48,325 bases of DNA from a virus. Taxonomy: Duplodnaviria > Heunggongvirae > Uroviricota > Caudoviricetes. Every line of letters starts with the position of its first letter. Position 1 is the stretch's first letter. The stretch is taken from IMG/VR virus record IMGVR_UViG_2728369182_000007; one strand, given 5' to 3'. Below the pieces are notes generated by a model. It was not told where the DNA came from. It made no database searches and saw only the letters and a list, made by a program, of their open reading frames with translations. A program made the position numbers and the translations under genes. Shown here piece by piece: positions 11,647-20,242 of this stretch.

Positions 11647-12318
11647 TCAGCGACCAATCACCACAACCTGACCACCATCCCCTTCGTCTGCCGTGCTGAT
11701 CTCCTGAGAAACCACACGTGACCCCACGCGCATTTCCCCGTACAGAACAGGCAGAACATTACCCTGGGCAACCATGTTATCCAGTGACGAGAAATACGTG
11801 TTCTGTTTGCCGTTATCTGTACTGGCTGCCGTGGGCGTCCTGGCTTTCGGTGCCAGCATCTGAGCCACACCGCCGAGCACCATACTGGCACCGAGAGAAA
11901 ACAGAATGCCGGTCATACCACCGGCACCAATGGCAGCCCCCCATGCTGCAAGGGTGGCTCCGGCGGTAAAGAATGATCCGGCAATGGCGGCTGCTCCCAG
12001 GACAATCTGGAATACACCACCTGACTTGGCCCCGGCGACTCTGGGAACAATATGAATCACAGCGCCGTCAGGCAGAGCCTCATGTAACTGCGCCGTTAAT
12101 CCGGACGTGCTGACATCCTGTCCGGCAATACGCACCTGATACCAGCCGTCGCTCAGTTTCTGACGAAACGCCGGGATCTGCATGGCCAGCGCCCGGATGG
12201 CTTCGGACCCCGTTTTCACTCGAAGGTCGATGCGGCGGCCAAATCGTTGTAAATCCCCGTAAAGGCAGATGCGTGCCATGCCCGGTGACGCCAGAGGGAG
12301 TGTGTGCGTCGCTGCCAT
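11647..12318 (-). CDS. I: tail assembly protein I (second copy)
   Basis: 223 aa, near-identical to copy at 8204-8898. Confidence 0.85.
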   Translation of the reverse strand: MAATHTLPLASPGMARICLYGDLQRFGRRIDLRVKTGSEAIRALAMQIPAFRQKLSDGWYQVRIAGQDVSTSGLTAQLHEALPDGAVIHIVPRVAGAKSGGVFQIVLGAAAIAGSFFTAGATLAAWGAAIGAGGMTGILFSLGASMVLGGVAQMLAPKARTPTAASTDNGKQNTYFSSLDNMVAQGNVLPVLYGEMRVGSRVVSQEISTADEGDGGQVVVIGR

Positions 12319-12959
12319 TTGTCGGTGTACCTCTCTCGTTTGCTCAGTTGTTCAGGAATATGGTGCAGCAGCTCGCTGTCACCACAGTAAATGGCGGCAT
12401 GATTCGGCACCGATGAACCAAAACAGCACAGCAGCACATCGCCCGGCTGTGCCGCTGACAACGGCACCTGATACAGCCCTGTGGCCTCCAGATTATCCAG
12501 ATAGAGATTCTGACCGTGACGCCACCAGTCATCCTCGCGATGAAAATCCGGCATCTCAATCCCCGCCAGATGGTAAGCATCCCGGAACAGCGTGTAACAG
12601 TCCGTCACCCCGTGCTCAAAGCGCCGCCCGGAAAGATGTGGCACACAGCGGAACTTGTGAATCGCCCCCCGGCAAACCAGCCACCACGGCAAATTACTCT
12701 GCACCTGCAGCCGCCGGTCAGCCTCACTCAGCCAGGGCAGACCACCGGGGTGGCTGTGGACCAGCGCCACAATCTCACCCTGCATCTCTGCCCGCAGCCA
12801 GTCCTCCGGTGCGATACGAAAATACGCCTCCGGCTCTGCGGAAATATTCACACAAGGGATATACCGCTCCCCCTCCGGCGTGCTTATCACGAAGCCGCAC
12901 GACTCCGCAGGCGCACACCGCCGGGCATGCGCCAGAATCGCTGATTCAGTCTGTGTCAT
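12216..12959 (-). CDS. K: tail assembly protein K (second copy)
   Basis: 247 aa, near-identical to 8796-9539. Confidence 0.85.
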   Translation of the reverse strand: MTQTESAILAHARRCAPAESCGFVISTPEGERYIPCVNISAEPEAYFRIAPEDWLRAEMQGEIVALVHSHPGGLPWLSEADRRLQVQSNLPWWLVCRGAIHKFRCVPHLSGRRFEHGVTDCYTLFRDAYHLAGIEMPDFHREDDWWRHGQNLYLDNLEATGLYQVPLSAAQPGDVLLCCFGSSVPNHAAIYCGDSELLHHIPEQLSKRERYTDKWQRRTHSLWRHRAWHASAFTGIYNDLAAASTFE

Positions 12960-13654
12960 AAANNNNNNNNNNNNNNNNNNNNNNNNNNNNNNNNNNNNNN
13001 NNNNNNNNNNNNGAACTTACAGCCACTCAGGCATTTGCTGCATTTATCCTTCGTGATATCGGACGTCGGCTGATCATATTCATCCGCGACCGCCGGACCG
13101 CTATAACCGCACTCATCGCCGCGATAGGTCCAGGTGCAGGTGTTGGCCAGCATGATACGTCCCGGAAAAACAGCGCCGTCCGTTTCCGTCGGCGTGGACA
13201 GTACAAAGGAGGCACTGACCGCGCTCAGTTCGCTGCACTGCTCGATGCGCCAGCGGCTGATCACCTCCTGCTCCGGATCGGCGTCACTGTTTCCGTTGAC
13301 GAAGTTCACCGCATCCAGAAAACGGGCGTAAACCTTACGCCGGACCACCGTTCCGCCGACCAGACTCTGCAGATCTTCCGCCATCCCGGTGACCATGCCG
13401 TACAGATTAGAGACTTTAAGCGTTGGCCTAGCACTGGCTCCTTTGCCGTTCATCTCAAATCCGCTTCCCTGAATGGGATAAGCCTGATACTGCCGCCCCT
13501 GCCAGGTGACTGGTTCACCTTTTTCGTTCTGCTCATTACAGAAGAAATAACGATCTCCGCCGACCTCTGTCAGATCAATTTCCCAGAGCACGACCAGCGC
13601 GGATTGCTCCGTTTTAGTGCACTCATTGAGTGTTTCCTGCTGTATATCCTGCAT
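12956..13654 (-). CDS. L: minor tail protein L (second copy, 3' end in 50-N gap)
   Basis: MQDIQQETLNECTKTEQSALVVLWEIDLTEVGG...; gap begins at same position of L as in copy 1. Confidence 0.8.
   Translation of the reverse strand: MQDIQQETLNECTKTEQSALVVLWEIDLTEVGGDRYFFCNEQNEKGEPVTWQGRQYQAYPIQGSGFEMNGKGASARPTLKVSNLYGMVTGMAEDLQSLVGGTVVRRKVYARFLDAVNFVNGNSDADPEQEVISRWRIEQCSELSAVSASFVLSTPTETDGAVFPGRIMLANTCTWTYRGDECGYSGPAVADEYDQPTSDITKDKCSKCLSGCKFXXXXXXXXXXXXXXXXXL
12963..13012. other. assembly gap (50 N)
   Basis: run of N. Confidence 1.
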
Positions 13655-13953
13655 CAGTGAGTGACCTCTTCAAAGGTACAGTTAAAATCGGTATACATGG
13701 CATTATCCGAAATGCTCCACTCCCTGCAGACAACCCGGACAGTCCTGTTGTGTTTTGGCGGACGCCACAAAAAAGCACGAATCCCGGCATGACGGGATAA
13801 AAAACTGTCCAGCGCGGCACGGGAATATTCATCTGTGACACGAAATACCGGTTTAAACGTTTTCAGATCCGCATTCAGACCACCAGCCCGTCTCTGTTCA
13901 TATCCGTCACCAAACTTTACCGTAATAACTGATGGCTTTCGTGTCGTCTCCAT
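13654..13953 (-). CDS. M: minor tail protein M homologue (divergent allele)
   Basis: Shares ...FGDGY.QR...GLNADLKT... core with M at 10251-10580 but otherwise divergent; start placed at METTRKPSV (ORF extends to 14040). Confidence 0.7.
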   Translation of the reverse strand: METTRKPSVITVKFGDGYEQRRAGGLNADLKTFKPVFRVTDEYSRAALDSFLSRHAGIRAFLWRPPKHNRTVRVVCREWSISDNAMYTDFNCTFEEVTH

Positions 13954-13987
13954 CCCCTCACGGGGGATCCAGTTAAAAACTTCAGGC

Positions 13988-16006
13988 TCAGGCACTGTAC
14001 AATCCTCCATCCCGACGCGATGACTGCATAATTGACACAACCCTGCTGTCGATCAGATCCACCAGTCCCCTGGCTGAGCGCGCATCTATCTCGCCATTGC
14101 TCCCTTGATTCTGAATGCTGATGTGATACACGGGAGAATAAACAACCCCCCCGCCACTATTCACATTGCCAATGGCTCTGACCCCAAGAGAGCCGTCCGC
14201 TGCCCGTGTCAGTGGCATGATAGCTTCAGGCCCGGCCTCGCCCATCAGCCCGGCACCTTTCGCAAAAGCAAAATACGTCGGTGTATCCACAATAGTGTTA
14301 CTGTAAGCACTCAGATTTGCCGATGTGTAAACACCACCTTTTGCGTTTGCCACCGCCCCCGAAATCCATCCGCCGACCGTACCAAGCCACCCTCCGGCAC
14401 CGGAGAGTGACTTCAGTCCGTTAACAATGGCCGCATTCATCAGAATTTTTGAAACTTCCTGGAGAATTGAACTCCCCCAGTTTCTCCAGTCCACAACATT
14501 TCCGGCCAGCGCATCGGAAATATTTGATACCAGCCCGTCCATAGTGGAAACGACAGCATCTGCCGCCTGCGAAGCATAATCGGTGGCACTGTCTGCCCAG
14601 TTGGTCAGCCCCTCCTGGAGTCCTGCATTCCAGTTATTACGTAAAGCATCGGCCTTTGCATAATAATCCTGCTGATCGCTGAGACGCTCTTCCAGATATT
14701 TTTTATTCAGTTCTTTCTCCTGTTTCCACAGGGCTTCTTCAATTTCTCCGGCCTGATACTGTCTCAGCAGCTCGTTATTTTTCTGCTCAAACTCATGCCG
14801 GATACTCCACATTTCCTGGAGTCGTTCACGCATCCGTGAGCCTTCACCATATCCCAGTAACTGCGCGTCGTTAGACGCCCGGGTACTGGCATTACTGTCC
14901 GCCAGGCTGCTTTCATACGCAGCAAGCTGCTCACGAATCTTTTTCTGGTCGATGAGTGCTGCATTCTGCAAAAGCGTTTTTTTCTGCGCTTCTGACAGGG
15001 TTGATAATTCGCCCTGACTGACCTGATATTTCATCTTAGCCAGTTCAGTATTCTGCCCTGCCAGTGCTATCTGTTCTTTTTGCTGTTTAATCAGCCGTTT
15101 ATAAATATCTTCTGTTTTTTCCGCTTCGGTCTTTTTATGCGCTTTGGGTTTATTTGCCTGGTTATTTCGCCAGGCATCCAGTGAGTTATTGATATAATTC
15201 TGTCTGGCTGTCTGATACGCCTCTCCCACAAAGCCGAGATCATCCGCAGCATAGCCCAGTCGGGCACGCTCACGCGCTTCCCCCTTAAGGCGGGACAGAG
15301 CCAGTTCGCGCTTGCTGTTATTCAGTGCGGTCTGCTGTTTATCATCCAGGGTTGCCTGTGGTAGCCGTAACGGTACATTCACCAGCCCCTGTCGCTGCTG
15401 AAGTAATTCATTACCAAGCCCAAGAAGGCGATTAAACTCGGTATGCTGCCCATTCATGATCAACAGGGACTGATACGCTTTGTTTTGTTCCGCCGCCTGT
15501 TGACGGATCAACGCAACCCGCCGCTCCTCCAGCCCGGCAAGCACATCCTGAATGGATTGCGCTTTGCCCTGCATTTGTGTGAGACGGGACTGTTCAACTG
15601 CCAGTTGATTTGTTGCTTCTGCAAGCCCTTCTGTGACTGTTTTTACCGACGTCATGTGGTTAATCATAAAACCGTTATCGGTTGTCCAGCCCGGGTTTGC
15701 CAGCACATACTGATAGCCAGCAATTTTTTCCTGTAAGGATTTAATCTTACTTTTCTGCTCGTCAATTAACCTGTTTTGCTCATCAAGTGCCTGCCGCGTC
15801 TTTTCCTCATTATCTGACGCTTCAGGAAGCGACATTGCCGACGTTTTCTGGCGAATTTCGTCGATTGTTGCGGCATACTGGCGTGCAGATTCTCTGGCCT
15901 GCTCCTGATTCTGATACATCGTGTACCAGGCCGCGGCCCCCAGCATGACAAGCCCCGGCACCCCACCAACCAGTCCCAGTGCTCCACTTAACAGACGACT
16001 TCCCAC
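13988..16006 (-). CDS. H: tail tape measure protein, C-terminal 672-codon segment (after in-frame TAG)
   Basis: Coiled-coil rich central region and Gly-rich C-terminus; same frame as 16031-17221 ORF; GTG start only if independent. Confidence 0.75.
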   Translation of the reverse strand: MGSRLLSGALGLVGGVPGLVMLGAAAWYTMYQNQEQARESARQYAATIDEIRQKTSAMSLPEASDNEEKTRQALDEQNRLIDEQKSKIKSLQEKIAGYQYVLANPGWTTDNGFMINHMTSVKTVTEGLAEATNQLAVEQSRLTQMQGKAQSIQDVLAGLEERRVALIRQQAAEQNKAYQSLLIMNGQHTEFNRLLGLGNELLQQRQGLVNVPLRLPQATLDDKQQTALNNSKRELALSRLKGEARERARLGYAADDLGFVGEAYQTARQNYINNSLDAWRNNQANKPKAHKKTEAEKTEDIYKRLIKQQKEQIALAGQNTELAKMKYQVSQGELSTLSEAQKKTLLQNAALIDQKKIREQLAAYESSLADSNASTRASNDAQLLGYGEGSRMRERLQEMWSIRHEFEQKNNELLRQYQAGEIEEALWKQEKELNKKYLEERLSDQQDYYAKADALRNNWNAGLQEGLTNWADSATDYASQAADAVVSTMDGLVSNISDALAGNVVDWRNWGSSILQEVSKILMNAAIVNGLKSLSGAGGWLGTVGGWISGAVANAKGGVYTSANLSAYSNTIVDTPTYFAFAKGAGLMGEAGPEAIMPLTRAADGSLGVRAIGNVNSGGGVVYSPVYHISIQNQGSNGEIDARSARGLVDLIDSRVVSIMQSSRRDGGLYSA

Positions 16007-16030
16007 TGACGTGACAGTATTCAGCGTTGT

Positions 16031-17221
16031 CTATGCTGCTGTTCTGGCCGCAATATTACGGGTAAGTGATGCCTGGGCAGCAGCCAGTTTCGCTTCTGCG
16101 GCTGCCTGCCTTTCGGTACCGCGAGCAGCAACAACCGCCTGTTGCGCACGATAAACCGCCGCACGCGCCCTGGCTGTTGCTATCTGTGTCCCCCGGAGCT
16201 GCGCTTCCGCAAGAGCCACTTCGTTTCTGGCTGCAGTAATTAATCCGGCAGTTGCAGATCCAGCAGAAGACGCCATATTGCCAAAATATCGGGCTACCCC
16301 GACGGCAACCAGAGCACCGGCAGCGGTTGCCACAGTGTCAATATTGCCTGCAATACCATTCAGCACACCGGAGAGCGTCTTCGTCACTCCGCTTGCCTCG
16401 TTCGCACCACCAACCCAGGCCATAAAGGCGTTTTCAACTTTGGTTGCAGAGGATGAAACCGTATCAGGCATTGCCGCATATTCATCACGTAATGCCCCAA
16501 GCTGACTAATCAGTGCAGGAACAACCTTATCGGCGGTCAACTTTCCGTTATCCGCCATGGCCTTCAGATCCTTACGGGCAACCCCCATTCCCGCAGCCAG
16601 CGCACGAATAACACGATCGCCGTTCTCATTCACCGAGTTAAACTCTTCACCGCGCAGCACTCCCTGCGCCAGTGCCTGACTGAACTGCGTGATCACCGAA
16701 CTGGCTTCTGCTGTACTGGCACCGGATAATTTCAGGCCCGTGGAGATCGCCTCGGTGACTTTCAGTACCTCCTCAGAACTGTAACCATACTCCCGCATGG
16801 AAGCTGCAGAACGGGCAAAAAGGCTGGCGTTATCAGAAAACGCCGTCCCCGTTCTCTGGCTGATCGCCATTAATTCACGCTGTGATGCCTGAAAATCATC
16901 ACTGGACTGTGAGGCCTGCTTCAGACGGGCATTTACTGAATTCCACTCATCGGCGAAAGAAATAAGATGACCGGTAGCAAAAGCCCCGGCAAATGCCCCC
17001 GCCATATTCAGTGCCGAAGATTTAGCTGTATTTATCTGATCCGTCACTTCTGCCAGTGCACGCCGCATTTCACGGGATGCAGCAGCGGACTGCCGGCCTC
17101 CGTTCTGCATGGTACGGTAGTAATCCTGCCCCATACGCGAAGCCCGGGAGATCTCTGACTGGAATGACCGGGAATTTGCCGAGATTTTAATAATCAGTTC
17201 ACGTAATGTCGCCACACTCAT
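16031..17221 (-). CDS. H: tail tape measure protein, N-terminal 396-codon segment ending at in-frame amber codon
   Basis: N-terminal domain typical of tape measure proteins (…SDNASLFARSAASMREYGYSSEEVLKVTEAISTGLKLSGAS…); TAG at 16031-16033 on minus strand. Confidence 0.75.
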   Translation of the reverse strand: MSVATLRELIIKISANSRSFQSEISRASRMGQDYYRTMQNGGRQSAAASREMRRALAEVTDQINTAKSSALNMAGAFAGAFATGHLISFADEWNSVNARLKQASQSSDDFQASQRELMAISQRTGTAFSDNASLFARSAASMREYGYSSEEVLKVTEAISTGLKLSGASTAEASSVITQFSQALAQGVLRGEEFNSVNENGDRVIRALAAGMGVARKDLKAMADNGKLTADKVVPALISQLGALRDEYAAMPDTVSSSATKVENAFMAWVGGANEASGVTKTLSGVLNGIAGNIDTVATAAGALVAVGVARYFGNMASSAGSATAGLITAARNEVALAEAQLRGTQIATARARAAVYRAQQAVVAARGTERQAAAEAKLAAAQASLTRNIAARTAA

Positions 17222-17231
17222 TCTCCGGACG

Positions 17232-17253
17232 AAAAAAAACCGCCGAAGCGGTT
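17232..17253 (-). terminator. hairpin plus U-tract between T and tape measure genes
   Basis: ACCGC-CGAA-GCGGT stem-loop followed by T8 on minus strand. Confidence 0.35.
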
Positions 17254-17261
17254 ATGTTGAC

Positions 17262-17552
17262 TCACTGAGACACTATTAAAAGCGCGTTTTCCAGTCCGGC
17301 AAATGGATCTGATACGCCTTCTGTCTGCTCCTTCTCCCACTGAAGAAGCGCATCATTCAGTGGCACTTTGACCCCCTGCGCACCGTAAACAGCTGAAACA
17401 ATCTGGGCAGCCCGGATATCAGCCCGTTCGTCCCCCAGCGGGCTGAACCTGTCAAATTCTGCCCACATCATGATTTCTGATGCGGACATTTCCCGGCGTA
17501 ACTCTGACAATGTGCGCCCCATCCTGAGCGCCAGCATCATCAGAAAACGCAT
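17262..17552 (-). CDS. T: tail assembly chaperone T-like frameshift extension (expressed as G-T fusion)
   Basis: ORF in -1 frame relative to G, directly downstream of slippery site; position between G and tape measure. Confidence 0.7.
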   Translation of the reverse strand: MRFLMMLALRMGRTLSELRREMSASEIMMWAEFDRFSPLGDERADIRAAQIVSAVYGAQGVKVPLNDALLQWEKEQTEGVSDPFAGLENALLIVSQ

Positions 17553-17563
17553 CCCCGGAAGCG

Positions 17564-17950
17564 CTACTTTTTTTTAACCTCGCCGGCATCACTGATCAGT
17601 TCCAGAGACTGCCGAAGAAGCCGCGCATGCACCGGGCCATACACGGCAATCACCTGTTCACGATCATCCTCTGAAAATACGGGTTGCAGTCCGGTATCAC
17701 ACAGAACATCAATGAACAGTTCAACATCTGCCTCCAGATTTCGGCGGGCGCGCTCCGCAACGGATAACGGTGTCTCATCATCTTTTGCTTTAACGATCTC
17801 CTGCCAGCGCAACCAGGCTTCTGCAGAAGGTTCCCGTAACACAACCGTTGCTCCCTCCCATTCAGGCACATCAACGGTTTTATGGCGAAACCCCGACATC
17901 GTTGCCAGTGCCAGATTACGGATATTTTTAGTCATCACATCCATCCTCAT
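17564..17950 (-). CDS. G: tail assembly chaperone G-like
   Basis: 128 aa acidic protein between major tail gene and tape measure, ending ...GEVKKK* at slippery run. Confidence 0.7.
   Translation of the reverse strand: MRMDVMTKNIRNLALATMSGFRHKTVDVPEWEGATVVLREPSAEAWLRWQEIVKAKDDETPLSVAERARRNLEADVELFIDVLCDTGLQPVFSEDDREQVIAVYGPVHARLLRQSLELISDAGEVKKK
17567..17575 (-). promoter_or_regulatory. programmed -1 ribosomal frameshift slippery site (A AAA AAG)
   Basis: mRNA reads GTT AAA AAA AAG TAG; -1 slip continues into T ORF (…KKVALPGMRFLMM…). Confidence 0.6.
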
Positions 17951-18654
17951 TAACTGACGGTTACAGTGCAGGAAGTGGAGGTCACTTTGTTAACCGGGCT
18001 TGCTGAATCAGAAATCTCGCAGGTATATGCACCCGCATCACCGGATACTGCCGATGCCTTACTGAACGTTGCCGCCGTCTGTCCGGAAACAGGAGAACCA
18101 CCTTTCTTCCAGACATAAGAATAAGGCGGCACACCACCCGCAGCCTCAACCGCCATTTCAAGTTTCGCTCCGGAAGCAACCCGCAGCGTGCTTTTTAAAT
18201 CGGCCTTCACTTTCAGCGGCTCTGTCGTCAGCACAGGTTTACCTTTCAGGCGCAAGGAAAACGTTGCAGCCACAACACCATTGGTTCCTGCAGACCAGGT
18301 ATGCTGACGCACCTCTGCCATAAAGGTAAATCCGTTGCCTGACGGAAAAATAACTTTAAAGCCATACGTGGTGTCATTGTCATAGGCACTGCGCAACGCG
18401 TTCTGGGCAGCATTCAGATAAAAGTTGCCTGACATGGAAATCTCTGAAGCAGCCCCAAGGCCGTTAATATTTTCCTGCTCAACAGAACACAGCGTGGTGA
18501 CATCAATATCCTGCTTTTGTCCTGCGGTAAACTGCACCTCTTTGATTGTACAGCTCAGGCCAAGATAGCTGGCAGAATCCAGGGTTTCTGCTGTTACCGG
18601 TGCAGACGAAATCATAATTTTCGTCAGTTGCGAACGCTCAAAATTAGAGGACAT
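17950..18654 (-). CDS. V: major tail protein V with C-terminal Ig-like domain
   Basis: 234 aa; position and size; C-terminal ~80 aa resembles Big_2 Ig-like decoration domain. Confidence 0.8.
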   Translation of the reverse strand: MSSNFERSQLTKIMISSAPVTAETLDSASYLGLSCTIKEVQFTAGQKQDIDVTTLCSVEQENINGLGAASEISMSGNFYLNAAQNALRSAYDNDTTYGFKVIFPSGNGFTFMAEVRQHTWSAGTNGVVAATFSLRLKGKPVLTTEPLKVKADLKSTLRVASGAKLEMAVEAAGGVPPYSYVWKKGGSPVSGQTAATFSKASAVSGDAGAYTCEISDSASPVNKVTSTSCTVTVS

Positions 18655-18666
18655 ACTCGTCTCCTG

Positions 18667-18694
18667 AAAATAAAAAAACCCGCCAGCGGCGGGT
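18667..18694 (-). terminator. hairpin plus U-tract upstream of major tail gene
   Basis: CCCGCC-AGC-GGCGGG stem followed by T-run on minus strand. Confidence 0.4.
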
Positions 18695-18714
18695 GGGTAA
18701 AATCATTAATGACC

Positions 18715-19059
18715 TCAGGCTATTACTTGGAATTCAAGCGTGGCTCTGCTCAGACGGGAGTCAGGATCATAACCCTGCGTTTTAGAAATAACGGAGGGTG
18801 CCAGTTTTCTTACCGCATCAAGCGCCTGCTCACGAATATTATCTGCGTCATCAGGTACTGTCGCCCAGACATCGATCTGCACGGTAATTCTGGATTCAGC
18901 CTGCCCATCAAGCACATCAGATGCCGTGTCAGACACCACAGAAAACACCAGCCACGGCGGAGATACCGCAGGCTTTCCCTCCGTCAGTGGGACCACATAA
19001 GGATAAACCTGTCCTCCGGCCAGCTGAGACAACAGGGAATACAGTGTGGCCTCTCTCAT
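18715..19059 (-). CDS. tail terminator / tail completion protein (U-like)
   Basis: 114 aa ORF immediately upstream of major tail gene; assignment by position. Confidence 0.5.
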   Translation of the reverse strand: MREATLYSLLSQLAGGQVYPYVVPLTEGKPAVSPPWLVFSVVSDTASDVLDGQAESRITVQIDVWATVPDDADNIREQALDAVRKLAPSVISKTQGYDPDSRLSRATLEFQVIA

Positions 19060-19505
19060 TTACTTAAGACCTCATCAATAGCCTGATTCATTCGCTGTAT
19101 GGCAATCCGTGCTGCCAGTTCCTCTGTCGTATCGAAAGCCGGGCGAATGAATGGATGCGCGGGCATGTTTATCGTTCCCAGCTCCACAAAGCGCCAGTAA
19201 AATGCATTTCGGGGATCGCTGGCTTTCATGCTGTTATCACTGTTTCCGGTTCGCAGGTTCCGTCCGCGAATGTGGACACCCGAGATAATTTCCCCCCGAC
19301 GCTTTGAACGCTGAGTGAGAACAACCACATTTTTCTTCAGTTTCCCGGTTCGCTCCGGCGCACGTTCAACAACTGCATCCCGCATAACTTCAGCACCGGC
19401 ACGGGTGGCATCGCGCAGAACCTTATTGTTTTCTGCCCTGCTGAGCGTCTCCAAATCCCGTGCAATATCCGCCAGGCCGGAAAAATCAAGACTGAAATCC
19501 ATCAC
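19056..19505 (-). CDS. HK97 gp10-like head-tail joining/tail component protein
   Basis: 149 aa ORF in conserved position; assignment by gene order and size. Confidence 0.5.
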   Translation of the reverse strand: MMDFSLDFSGLADIARDLETLSRAENNKVLRDATRAGAEVMRDAVVERAPERTGKLKKNVVVLTQRSKRRGEIISGVHIRGRNLRTGNSDNSMKASDPRNAFYWRFVELGTINMPAHPFIRPAFDTTEELAARIAIQRMNQAIDEVLSK

Positions 19506-19840
19506 ACATTCCCCTTCAGGCTGCAGAGTATTTCAAGCCGGGTAGCGCGTGCATCCGGTATTGGTGGACCTTCTATACCCAGAATGGCCCCTTTAAATGC
19601 ACCGGTCAGCACTTTCAGACGTGAAGTCGCTGTCACATCGCGCCGGAATCTCATCCAGACTCTGACCGTAGCCTGAGCGGTTTCTGCTCCGCCTGAGATT
19701 ATCTCCCTCCCGCTGATACCCTTAACTTCTGCCCATACGGTAGCTCCCTCCGTCACCGTCTCCACCGGATGCCCTGACGGAGAGCGGGCGGTGGTGACAT
19801 TCAGAATAATTACGCGATCACGTAATCTGCCCGCCTGCAT
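19502..19840 (-). CDS. head-tail adaptor (head closure) protein
   Basis: 112 aa ORF in HK97-like order between connector and gp10-like gene. Confidence 0.5.
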   Translation of the reverse strand: MQAGRLRDRVIILNVTTARSPSGHPVETVTEGATVWAEVKGISGREIISGGAETAQATVRVWMRFRRDVTATSRLKVLTGAFKGAILGIEGPPIPDARATRLEILCSLKGNV

Positions 19841-19848
19841 GTCTCCTC

Positions 19849-20166
19849 CTACAAAGGAATAAAACGATAAGGCTCCAGCAGAGAAGAAAAACCAAACGGG
19901 ACTGGTGCCTTGCTGACATCTGAGGAATTTTCCCGGTTTTCGTACCAGTGCCCGACCAGCAACATGAGCGCCAGCAAAACATCATCAGCTATAAGCACCC
20001 CTTCAGGATCACCTTCCGGCACCGTCTCCTCATAAAGCTTACGGTTGATAAAATTTTCTGCCTTGCGGCAGGCAGCCCGGAAATACAGCATCAGTAACTC
20101 ATCATCAGTTGCATCATCTGTATCAATACGGCACTGCGCCCTGAGTTTTTCCACTATTGCTGCCAT
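19849..20166 (-). CDS. head-tail connector (HK97 gp6-like)
   Basis: Start placed at MAAIVEKL with AGGAG RBS; longer ORF would run through the capsid terminator. Confidence 0.5.
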   Translation of the reverse strand: MAAIVEKLRAQCRIDTDDATDDELLMLYFRAACRKAENFINRKLYEETVPEGDPEGVLIADDVLLALMLLVGHWYENRENSSDVSKAPVPFGFSSLLEPYRFIPL

Positions 20167-20198
20167 CAGAAACTCCTGCCCGCAACACTGTGCGGGCA

Positions 20199-20221
20199 TA
20201 AAAAAACCGCGTCGGCGCGGT
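20199..20221 (-). terminator. rho-independent terminator downstream of major capsid gene
   Basis: ACCGCG-TCGG-CGCGGT hairpin with U-tract on minus strand, preceded by a second hairpin at 20178-20197. Confidence 0.55.
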
Positions 20222-20242
20222 CTGTAACTGAACAACGAGTGG

